This document shows, in pieces, positions 51,291 to 59,889 of a stretch of 64,000 bases of DNA. Both the position numbers and the translations under genes were made by a program. Within the stretch, counting starts at the first letter, position 1. Every line of letters begins with the position of its first letter. The stretch lies in the IMG/VR virus record IMGVR_UViG_3300047462_000030; one strand, 5' to 3'. The notes under the pieces were generated by a model. It was not told where the DNA came from. It ran no database searches and was given only the letters and a program-made list of their open reading frames with translations. This stretch comes from an uncultured virus (IMG/VR IMGVR_UViG_3300047462_000030) (Duplodnaviria; Heunggongvirae; Uroviricota; Caudoviricetes).

Positions 51291-51375
51291 TACCTAAGCA
51301 CGGACTTGAACCGTGGTCTTCCAGTCGTGGCACTTGACCTTCGACGTGGTATGCTTCCCACTTACATCACTAGGC
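51291..51375 (-). ncRNA. tRNA-like RNA with an enlarged anticodon arm
   Basis: T-arm CACGG-TTCAAGT-CCGTG, D-arm ATGT-AAGTGGGAA-GCAT, acceptor GCCTAG/CTTAGGT with a bulge; anticodon arm 29 nt rather than 17. Confidence 0.65.
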
Positions 51376-51408
51376 GGGGGTAAACTTAAAATGGCAATTG
51401 ACAATGTA

Positions 51409-51564
51409 TTAAAACTGTATAACATAATAACCAACAATCAATGGACCAAATGCCCATCCTAAACATAGACAAATTATAAATGTAAATAGATCGTGTGAAC
51501 CCGTTTCAACCTTTACAAAATAATATGTACTAAGAGAAGATGCTACCCAATAAATAAAAAACAT
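51409..51564 (-). CDS. Small membrane protein (51 aa; not in ORF track)
   Basis: MFFIYWVASSLSTYYFVKVETGSHDLFTFIICLCLGWAFGPLIVGYYVIQF. Confidence 0.45.
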   Translation of the reverse strand: MFFIYWVASSLSTYYFVKVETGSHDLFTFIICLCLGWAFGPLIVGYYVIQF

Positions 51565-51823
51565 TATATCTTCTAGAAGATCTTCAGATACTTTTAATCT
51601 GAACTTTAAAGACTTACGTCTTGGTATCTTTTACTTTATCTCCACCAAGTTTATATATTCTTTTATTCATAGTATCTCTTTCTAACAGCTAGCTTACCAT
51701 AAGCTTCTGTTATATCTTTAGGAGAATTCTTTGTACCTTTAATAACTCTATATTCATAATAAATTATATTGAATAAAAGTAAAGCAATAATTAATAATAA
51801 CATACAATCTCCTTATAAGATAT

Positions 51824-51915
51824 ATGGCGGCTTAGAGCCTTCAGTCTGGGAGACAGCTCCTTCTTTCCTTACCCTATTTCATCCCAATTAAGAGTGCATT
51901 TCTGCACACCGCCAT
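51824..51915 (-). ncRNA. Putative structured RNA
   Basis: Closing stem ATGGCGG/CCGCCAT, GTGCA-GAAA-TGCAC GNRA hairpin, GAGC/GCTC and GTCT/AGAC helices. Confidence 0.5.
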
Positions 51916-51931
51916 TACCTTTTAAAATACA

Positions 51932-52072
51932 ACCGTGAATTACACACGGCACCCACTTTGTAAATTGTACGCGTCCAATTAACATTAGTATCTAGGTTGT
52001 AGGTTATAGTAGCTGCCACCATAGCTGTCCTTACGACTAACACTATGGCTCAATCCTGCTACACATCACGGT
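51932..52072 (-). ncRNA. Putative structured RNA
   Basis: Nested stems ACCGTGA/TCACGGT, GTAGC/GCTAC, CCATAG/CTATGG, GTC/GAC. Confidence 0.45.
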
Positions 52073-52087
52073 AAACTATAATAGAAA

Positions 52088-52155
52088 TGTATGAGCTAAA
52101 ACTTCCCCTCTGCATTCCAGATATCACTCGGAGAGACCAAGTCCTAACTCATACA
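52088..52155 (-). ncRNA. Long hairpin RNA element
   Basis: 17-bp stem TGTATGAGTTAGGACTT/AAGTTTTAGCTCATACA, fully paired only with G-U pairs on the minus strand. Confidence 0.5.
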
Positions 52156-52158
52156 AGA

Positions 52159-52392
52159 TTATGAAACCTTTGAACTATCTCCACCTACAAAGTTACCGAT
52201 CTCACTAACACTAAGTCCAGCGGCAGCATATTGCAATACAGGAATGATAGCTCCGAATGCTACACCCAATCCAACAATACCACTAATAAGGATACCGCCT
52301 ACAAGGCCAAAGCCCAATAGCGCAGTAACACTAGTAGTAACAAAGGTTGTACCAAGAACAGACAACAGACCAACAGCAATTAATTTTAACAT
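52159..52392 (-). CDS. Small hydrophobic membrane protein
   Basis: G-rich TM segments; AAGGAG RBS. Confidence 0.6.
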   Translation of the reverse strand: MLKLIAVGLLSVLGTTFVTTSVTALLGFGLVGGILISGIVGLGVAFGAIIPVLQYAAAGLSVSEIGNFVGGDSSKVS

Positions 52393-53406
52393 TATATATT
52401 CTCCTTTTAAGTTATTGATTAAGCAGCATTTCCAAATTTCTTAAGACGGGCTTTACGATCTTTATATACAAGATACTTTGAAATCAAAAGGGCTGTACCC
52501 TCTACAATGCCGTATGGGATATAGACAACGTACAACGGCCATAGCAATCCTTCAAAGTATTCTTTTACATATGTATTCTTATTAGAGCTAATATCAACCG
52601 CTCTATTATAGGCAGCTAAAATATAAGCAACAAATAAATATACACCAAGACCAACTAGAAACCAGTTCATAGACTTCACTCCTCTCCTTTGTTAAATCGT
52701 TCTACAAGATCATCTGTATACTCATCGCTTGCGGCGTAAGCTTCACTAAGACATTGTGGGTTATTGCATAAGTCAATTTCTAAATGACTATCAAAGTGTG
52801 CTGTGTCATCTCCACAATAAAAACATATACCTAGCTCTCTACTATCCGTACCTCTATGATACCACTCAGACATTGAATGCCTCCTTTAAGTTTATATCTG
52901 ATACCATTGTAATAATTGTTTCTGGATTAACATTTGTATGTGTTGCTATATCTTCAGCTATAAGCTTTCTAATAGCTTCATGATACTGAGATATAACATC
53001 ATCATGAAAAATCTGTGGAACTGTATTAAATGACATCTCTTTAAGATTCTTAATAGGTTCTATCTTAGCACAGATATGTTCAACGTTATCCCATAGATAT
53101 GTAAGAACAACTAACTCATCGTCCACTAACAAACTCTCCTCTCCTAATACAATCTAATACCAATATAGCTACTTCATATAATGAATCTTTACTAAGTTCT
53201 TTACGTTTATATCTATCCATTCAATGTCTTTCATGTTTCTTCCTAATATCATAACCACTTTTAGGTATGCTAGATGTATCTACATTACCCTCTACAATAT
53301 CTTTCATAGCTTGTAAAGCTTCTTCTTTTGTATCTGCTATGACTGTCATACGAGATACAGGTAAATAAGTACCTACATTTTCTAATACTAACATCCAAGC
53401 CATACA

Positions 53407-54261
53407 TTACCATCCAAACATTGTATCATAGATTGCTTTGATATCCTTAACTGTTATATCCTCACCAATGATCTTATCCTTAATCATATGGTTACGAAGT
53501 ACAACTACAGTTGGTTTAGTATCAAACTTACGATTAAGATAATACCTAACATGATCTGCTAGTTGCATACGAGCTTTGAACTTCTTAATCTTTAATTGTT
53601 TCTTAGAAGGTTTATCATACAACTTAAAGATTGAATACTTAAACCTATCACCATCTCGTTCTGAGATATAAACATAATCATTTTCTACGTGAGATACAGT
53701 ATACATAACTCCAAATGATAACCTAGAATTTTCTCTAAAGCATTTAACCTTATCACCGACCTTGAAAGGATTATTATTAGACTTAGCATTACGTTTCTTA
53801 AACATTAGATTAGAATTAGGTACAGATATAATCCAACCAGCTTTAAGTTGTATATGAGATACATGCTCATACGCTTTAACTACTCTATAAGTAGCACCAA
53901 CATAATCATTAGGTCTGTATGATAGTGGGTCTTGTCCTTCAGTAGTTGATATGTTTGTTGCACCTACAGAACTATTGAATACAACATCATCTAATACCAT
54001 GAAGGGACCATGAGTAATACTCCTAAACATTGTTGTAGGTACTTCAGAGTAATTACCATTATCATTCATTACAGATAACATATCGTTAGGTTCTACTTCT
54101 TCAATCTTATAAATACATCCAACAGTAAATTCTTCTTCGTGATTAACATTAGAGATACACTCAATATAAGTTCTACGCATAAAGTTAGAACCTTCTAATA
54201 CATTAGGTATCTCAAGATCTTGGATATCATCTACAGATATTAAGATAGGTAAGTTAGACAT
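53407..54261 (-). CDS. Protein with several SH3/KOW-like modules
   Basis: FTVGCIYKIEEV, FMVLDDVVF and FKVGDKVKC modules; AGGAG RBS. Confidence 0.55.
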   Translation of the reverse strand: MSNLPILISVDDIQDLEIPNVLEGSNFMRRTYIECISNVNHEEEFTVGCIYKIEEVEPNDMLSVMNDNGNYSEVPTTMFRSITHGPFMVLDDVVFNSSVGATNISTTEGQDPLSYRPNDYVGATYRVVKAYEHVSHIQLKAGWIISVPNSNLMFKKRNAKSNNNPFKVGDKVKCFRENSRLSFGVMYTVSHVENDYVYISERDGDRFKYSIFKLYDKPSKKQLKIKKFKARMQLADHVRYYLNRKFDTKPTVVVLRNHMIKDKIIGEDITVKDIKAIYDTMFGW

Positions 54262-54334
54262 ACATATACTCCTATTGTCTGGTACGGGAAGTTAAGCAAT
54301 ATTTTCTTGCAAATTAATTGTTCTTATAGAACTT

Positions 54335-54363
54335 AGGTTATCACATTTCAATACAAATGTCAA
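54335..54363 (-). promoter_or_regulatory. Sigma70-type promoter
   Basis: TTGACA-N17-TAACCT with extended -10 TG, intergenic. Confidence 0.65.
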
Positions 54364-54364
54364 G

Positions 54365-54538
54365 TTAAATCTTTTTAATAGCAGAGTTTAAAACTTCTAA
54401 GCTATCTCCTGATTCATCAAGGAATACAATCCATACAGGTTCATGATCTTTACCGTAGCTCATTAACACATGAGCTTGACCTGTACCGTGTCCTTTAACA
54501 TCTACCGGAACACTAGGACTTAGTTGTAGCATATCCAT
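54365..54538 (-). CDS. Small hypothetical protein (57 aa; not in ORF track)
   Basis: MDMLQLSPSVPVDVKGHGTGQAHVLMSYGKDHEPVWIVFLDESG...; AAGGAG RBS. Confidence 0.55.
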   Translation of the reverse strand: MDMLQLSPSVPVDVKGHGTGQAHVLMSYGKDHEPVWIVFLDESGDSLEVLNSAIKKI

Positions 54539-54778
54539 TATTTACTCCTTGTTGTTCGGACTTCATCATAGAACTTGGCACCAAGCTTTGTTAACTCTCT
54601 CTTGGCTAATCGTTTAGCAGCGGTAATATTCTTTGCACCTTTGACAACTACATAGTCATGAGCTGCACTTTGTATAACAACATTAAGCATAGGTATACTA
54701 ATGAATGCAATACATAAGTCTTTACCGCATAAGAAAGGTCCAGCTACTAACTCATTGTTTGCTTTATACCATTTCAAT

Positions 54779-54943
54779 CTAGTCATTTACAATCACCTCT
54801 AATTCGTTTGCACGATAACCTTGAATACATTGTAACTCAATTAAACGTACAACGATAACTTCGCCATCTATCTTTTCAATGAACCCTTCTAGTCCACGAT
54901 AGACTCCGAAGTCGATAATCTTAACCTTGTCTCCTACGCTCAA
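54779..54943 (-). CDS. KOW-motif protein (54 aa; not in ORF track)
   Basis: TTG start; SVGDKVKIIDFGVYRGLEGFIEKID. Confidence 0.55.
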   Translation of the reverse strand: MSVGDKVKIIDFGVYRGLEGFIEKIDGEVIVVRLIELQCIQGYRANELEVIVND

Positions 54944-55113
54944 GAGATAACCTCTAGCTCACTCATATAGAAGTTTTTAGGATCTGCATTCTCGTCTGGT
55001 TGAACTGTAACAACTTTGTCTTTACTATCTAGTATATTTGTAATAGCTTTAACGTGCCCAATAGCCCCGCTGTACTCTCCTGATATAACTTTAACCTTAT
55101 CACCCTTCTTCAT
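54940..55113 (-). CDS. KOW-motif protein (57 aa; not in ORF track)
   Basis: MKKGDKVKVISGEYSGAIGHV, a close match to the uL24/NusG KOW pattern. Confidence 0.65.
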   Translation of the reverse strand: MKKGDKVKVISGEYSGAIGHVKAITNILDSKDKVVTVQPDENADPKNFYMSELEVIS

Positions 55114-55698
55114 TTAACCTTCTCCATTCTGCATGTCGTAAGCATTTAGCATCTGGCTCTAAACACTTATGCCATTTGAATACATCTTGTTTCTTTATAT
55201 CAAACTTAAGATCAATAGCTAATGGATATGATTCAATATAACCCATGTTGATACAAGTAACCTTCATCTTATACTTCTTACCTGTATCCACCATACCTAT
55301 AACCATATAGCATACATCCATGTTACGCTCATGTCTAATTATTCTACCATGAAGTCCTAGCATAATCAATCCTCTACCCTAACTTTCTTTTGAACTTTAC
55401 GATTGTAGTCTTTGATAGACTTATGTCTTATAGATGGTTTAGCAGTTGGTACTCTTACGCCGGGTCTATGGTCATTACGCTTTACCCTTACCTTCATCAC
55501 TGTCATTTTCATCAAATGCCTTATCCATTTCTTGCATCTCAATAGCCATCTGTGCTATCTCTTGCACGACCATACATATAAGATCTAATGGAGTATAACC
55601 TGTAGCTCGACCATCGTCAATAGCTTTTGTTATAACTTTCTTAATTTCATTTAAGATAGTTTCAACAGCGGCTTTTTTATCTATTACAATATCTTCCA

Positions 55699-56169
55699 TT
55701 AGTAACCCTCATCTTCCTCTTGCATGGTATCATCAAGTATCAATGGAGCAGGTTCATCATCTTGGTCATAAGATCTAAGTGTAGTGTTAACTCTAATAGC
55801 ATCTAAAGATATACCAGAACGTAGTAGGCTACCAGATGTAGGTCCACCATCATAGTAAACTCTACCTGCATCTTTAAAATTACCCTTAATCTTATCTAAA
55901 AAATTTACTTCATCCTTAAGTGTAACAGGTTTAACTTCAGCAACTTTAGATGAACCTTTCTTTCTTAACGCTCTAAATTGTTGTGTCGTAAAGTTAATTA
56001 AACCGTGTGGAGTTTCAAGCTTGAATGCGTGCTCTCCAGCAACTTCTCCCATGTCTGTTACAATAGGAAAGATCTTACCTTTAAATAAGTCTATATCACC
56101 ATTTGAAAATGATTGCCAAGCAGTTGGATATACGTCTAATATCTTAACTCGTTGTCCGACTTTAAACAT
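55699..56169 (-). CDS. SH3-like protein with the shared 'WLDRV-NF' motif (internal, divergent)
   Basis: MFKVGQRVKI...LKDEVNFLDKIKGNFKD followed by an acidic tail. Confidence 0.65.
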   Translation of the reverse strand: MFKVGQRVKILDVYPTAWQSFSNGDIDLFKGKIFPIVTDMGEVAGEHAFKLETPHGLINFTTQQFRALRKKGSSKVAEVKPVTLKDEVNFLDKIKGNFKDAGRVYYDGGPTSGSLLRSGISLDAIRVNTTLRSYDQDDEPAPLILDDTMQEEDEGY

Positions 56170-56172
56170 ATT

Positions 56173-56925
56173 TTATACCCTCGCTAACAAAGGCAACACA
56201 GCTTGTTTATACTTCTCAAGAGTAGTACCTTCTAAAGCTGGTGCAGTATTAACTTCTAATACAATAGCTTTATCTTTCTTAGTCCAGATGATATCTACGG
56301 CACCAAAGTCTAACCCAAGAGCAGCAACAGCTTTGATTGCTTGTGTCTTAACTTCATCAATTTCTTCAATATTATCTCGACAAAATACCCAACCATTGTT
56401 ATAACTCCTAATGTATTTATTAAACTCTGTGTCAGCTAAACCTTCACGTTTCTTTTTCTGAACGTAATCAATTACTTGACCACCAAATACATGGACTCTA
56501 AACTCAAACTTCTTACGATAATATCGTACATAAACCTTAGCTGGAATAAGATCCTCAACAGTCTTACACACTTTAATACCTTGACCACTATGCCCATCAA
56601 GTTTTGTTCTAGCTAACACAATATACTCATCTGCAATCCATGACTTAGCAACTTCTATATCTTGGGTATAGTCTGGAATACTAACCTCGGCAGCTTTAAG
56701 CTTATCAAAGGCTAACAATTTATTAGCCGCTAGCTTAACATGCTCTGGTTTATTAAGCCAAGTACACACAGCACGAGGCTCAACCTTTGTACTGCCCCAG
56801 TTCATCACTAGCTCGCGACCACGAGGAGTTTTAGCTGGGTCTACAACGCGAAAATATCTAAAAGGAAACGCTCGTCTTAGCGCTGTACATGATTTACTAA
56901 AACGCTTGTAAGGTCTTATTTTCAT
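56173..56925 (-). CDS. ATP-grasp ligase (RimK/phiEco32-like)
   Basis: AANKLLAF, GHSGQGI, EFRVHVF, IRSYNNGW, ALGLDFGAVDI, VLEVNTAPAL. Confidence 0.9.
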   Translation of the reverse strand: MKIRPYKRFSKSCTALRRAFPFRYFRVVDPAKTPRGRELVMNWGSTKVEPRAVCTWLNKPEHVKLAANKLLAFDKLKAAEVSIPDYTQDIEVAKSWIADEYIVLARTKLDGHSGQGIKVCKTVEDLIPAKVYVRYYRKKFEFRVHVFGGQVIDYVQKKKREGLADTEFNKYIRSYNNGWVFCRDNIEEIDEVKTQAIKAVAALGLDFGAVDIIWTKKDKAIVLEVNTAPALEGTTLEKYKQAVLPLLARV

Positions 56926-57389
56926 TAGTCATTCTCCTTTAAATAATTAATAGCTTTAGTTAATAATTCAATTGAATCTTTTAATTTACCTATACCACTG
57001 TTACATTCTAAACAAAGTAATCCTCTAACTTTACCTGTTGTATGGTTATGATCTATAGCTAAACGTCTAAGCATCTTTATTCTTTGATCAAAAGTTTTTT
57101 CTGGTTGATTGCAAATTGCACATAAATTATTTTGTTTATTAACCATATTTATAAATTGTTCATGGCTTAATCCATAACGTCTAGACATTTTATAATTTTT
57201 TGTAACTTCTACATGATCGAATCTATATTGTTTATTTTTTTCTCTAATTAATTCTCGATTCTTTTCTTTATAAGCAGATCTAACTTTAGAAATTCTTTCT
57301 TTATTTTTTGCATAGTAAGAAAGTTTATATTCTTTATAGTGTTCCTTGTTTTCTGCTCTATGTTTTTTATTATATTCTGAATCTGACAT
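56925..57389 (-). CDS. Endonuclease VII-like homing endonuclease
   Basis: K/E/R-rich helical N-terminus; CAIC..LAIDHNHTTGKVRGLLCLECNSGIG. Confidence 0.9.
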   Translation of the reverse strand: MSDSEYNKKHRAENKEHYKEYKLSYYAKNKERISKVRSAYKEKNRELIREKNKQYRFDHVEVTKNYKMSRRYGLSHEQFINMVNKQNNLCAICNQPEKTFDQRIKMLRRLAIDHNHTTGKVRGLLCLECNSGIGKLKDSIELLTKAINYLKEND

Positions 57390-57462
57390 TATTTTTTACC
57401 AACAGTATGTTTACATATACCTATTGGCAATCCACAATAGTAACATTGTCCTACAACTTTTT

Positions 57463-57723
57463 TCATGATTTAAAATTCTCCTTTACTCTATCAAGCCATT
57501 CAATTTCTGTCCTAGGCGGGTCTGAAATAAATTTCATATACGGTTCACATAAACAATTTGTTTGCCAAAAACTTATACTACCAGTCCTAGTATTCATTAT
57601 CTTAGTTACAATACTACGATGATCTTGTACAACGACCATAATTATATCATCTTTTTTAAATAAAAAACCATTTGTCTCGTAATGTTGTAAAGCTTTAAAC
57701 TTATGTCCTACTTTATATTGCAT
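57463..57723 (-). CDS. SH3-like protein with C-terminal EIEWLDRVKENFK motif
   Basis: MQYKVGHKFKA...TEIEWLDRVKENFKS; GAGG RBS. Confidence 0.7.
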   Translation of the reverse strand: MQYKVGHKFKALQHYETNGFLFKKDDIIMVVVQDHRSIVTKIMNTRTGSISFWQTNCLCEPYMKFISDPPRTEIEWLDRVKENFKS

Positions 57724-57724
57724 A

Positions 57725-57964
57725 TCAGTTAACCTCAATTCTAGAATGATTATAAAATTCATCTAATAAAGCATCAACTGCTTCATCCTCTATGTCTGAA
57801 AAGAATTCTTTATTGTATTCTATATCCATAAGCTCATCATCTTTATCTAAGAACTTAAAGCTTAGATCTAATACAGTTGTACCTATAATAGACTTACAAT
57901 ACGCTACTACATTAACCATTGTATCTGTTGCTGGAAGAAATGTTGTAAATTGAACTTGATACAT
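57725..57964 (-). CDS. Acidic hypothetical protein
   Basis: 79 aa, AAGGAG RBS. Confidence 0.6.
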   Translation of the reverse strand: MYQVQFTTFLPATDTMVNVVAYCKSIIGTTVLDLSFKFLDKDDELMDIEYNKEFFSDIEDEAVDALLDEFYNHSRIEVN

Positions 57965-57967
57965 ATA

Positions 57968-58267
57968 CTACTCCTTGAAGTTCTGTTGAACTCTATTTAA
58001 CCAATCTATTTCGTTCATTGGCATGTTAATGATTTTTTTCTTTGATAGTTTAAAACAAGTATGACCCCAATTGGCTTGTTTACCTAATCTTATATTGTTG
58101 TTGTAACCACTAGATAGCTTAGGACAATGTATTCCTATAGAATAGTCTGTATTATATAGTTTCTGTATTGATTTAACTTCATACAATTCACCCTTCTTAG
58201 GACCACCACTACCAACTGATATAGATTCAATACATTCTACAATATCACCTATTTTAAATTGTATCAT
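57968..58267 (-). CDS. SH3-like protein with C-terminal EIDWLNRVQQNFK motif
   Basis: MIQFKIGDIVEC...NEIDWLNRVQQNFKE. Confidence 0.7.
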   Translation of the reverse strand: MIQFKIGDIVECIESISVGSGGPKKGELYEVKSIQKLYNTDYSIGIHCPKLSSGYNNNIRLGKQANWGHTCFKLSKKKIINMPMNEIDWLNRVQQNFKE

Positions 58268-58268
58268 A

Positions 58269-58559
58269 TCACATCCTAAAGTTATCTCTAACTCTATCAA
58301 GCCATTCAATTTCTGTCAATATTCTATCTTCATCTAAAGATTTTAAACAATAATCTGGTATATACCATCCCTGTATTTCTTGAATAAAAACTTTTTTAAA
58401 ACCAACTTCTGATTGAATATCGTAAACAGTTAATACATCACCCAATTTTAATTCTCTAGGGTTATAATAACTTCCATTTGTGTAATTAACATAGTAGGGT
58501 TTTATGTTATGGGTTTCCGCCCAACCAACTAACTTAACTTTTTTACCAATTTTTATCAT
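58269..58559 (-). CDS. SH3-like protein with C-terminal EIEWLDRVRDNFR motif
   Basis: MIKIGKKVKL...TEIEWLDRVRDNFRM; GGAGG RBS. Confidence 0.7.
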   Translation of the reverse strand: MIKIGKKVKLVGWAETHNIKPYYVNYTNGSYYNPRELKLGDVLTVYDIQSEVGFKKVFIQEIQGWYIPDYCLKSLDEDRILTEIEWLDRVRDNFRM

Positions 58560-58634
58560 ATTAAAAAACCCTCCCAAAACTTTACACACACGCGCCTTGG
58601 AGACTATTTTTTGTCCTCAGCCGTGCATTAAGTC

Positions 58635-59840
58635 TTATCTATTAGATGCGCTACGTTTATGCCAAACACCAACAGAGTCTTGTTCAAAGTCTTGCTCCCA
58701 CACTTGACGCTTATCTTTTGTTACGCCATCACCAATAGACTTGACAGCATCATTAGGAATAGGTGTTGTAACTTTCTTACCATCCTTATATTCTATAACC
58801 TCATAACCATCATAGTTAGGTATCATATCACCTTGTACTAACATGCGCTCAAGCTCATCTTCTTTTTGACGCTCAGTGAAGTTAGCCATATTCTTGTGGT
58901 CAGCTCCACTTGCACCGAACACATTAGTAAACTTATCTAGTACACTACCATGCTTATCTAATACAGTTAATGAACCGCCACCAACATTGCCGCGTCTATT
59001 GTTCTTACCTTTGTAAGCGCCGTCAAAGTCTACAACCTCAATCACTTCCCCAGTCATAGCATTGATGCGTACAGCTTTACAATTAGGAATCTCATATTCC
59101 TCAGTTATAGTGAAACTAACATCACGACAAGCACTTGTGATAGGTCCGTATTGCTCACTGTGTCCAGTCGTACCGAATACAACTTGACCTAATTCTTTGA
59201 TATAGTAGCCACGAAGTTTAGCTACGTTATCTTTAAACACATCAATAATCTTTGTGCCATCAGCCATCTTGCTAATGATACCGCACGCATAATAACCATC
59301 AAGATTTGCTACAACCTTTTTAAGATTGCTAAGATTGTTAGCTACATTAAACTTAATATATTCATTAAGAATACATTCACTATCACAAGTAGACACTTTG
59401 TTTGTTAACTCTTTTGTATTATGAATAACACCATTATGAATTAACGCTGTGTCTCCGATAACAAAGGGATGCAAGTTCTCCATAGTCTTAGCGCATGTTG
59501 CTTTACGAGCATGAAGGATTGCACACTTAAGTTTATCATCAACCTTAACATCTCCAAACGAATTGTAACCTCCAGCTTTAGGTAACTTAGTAGCTTTGAT
59601 AAAGCCTTTGAACTTACTCTCTACTACATGCTCAATAGGAGCTTCCTTATTTCTATTAAGAAATGCTTCCTTTGGGTTATACCATCGTTCACCAAACATA
59701 TTACCTTCACTATCTAACGCGGCATATCCAAAGCCATCATCATCACTGAAGGTCATCTCTTTACCTAGGGCTTTAATCAAGCGCCATGCCTGACTTGAAG
59801 TCTCATCGGTGATACCAGGAATTACTGCAATCTTACACAT
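58635..59840 (-). CDS. Class II (Ntn) glutamine amidotransferase
   Basis: Likely start MC at 59840 (AAGGAG RBS) places Cys at position 2; DGFG, HARKAT, ENLHPF, HNGVI, CDSE. Confidence 0.9.
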   Translation of the reverse strand: MCKIAVIPGITDETSSQAWRLIKALGKEMTFSDDDGFGYAALDSEGNMFGERWYNPKEAFLNRNKEAPIEHVVESKFKGFIKATKLPKAGGYNSFGDVKVDDKLKCAILHARKATCAKTMENLHPFVIGDTALIHNGVIHNTKELTNKVSTCDSECILNEYIKFNVANNLSNLKKVVANLDGYYACGIISKMADGTKIIDVFKDNVAKLRGYYIKELGQVVFGTTGHSEQYGPITSACRDVSFTITEEYEIPNCKAVRINAMTGEVIEVVDFDGAYKGKNNRRGNVGGGSLTVLDKHGSVLDKFTNVFGASGADHKNMANFTERQKEDELERMLVQGDMIPNYDGYEVIEYKDGKKVTTPIPNDAVKSIGDGVTKDKRQVWEQDFEQDSVGVWHKRSASNR

Positions 59841-59889
59841 GTTTTTATTCTCCTTGTTTTGTCTATTCAATAGCTTTCGAATTCTAAAC

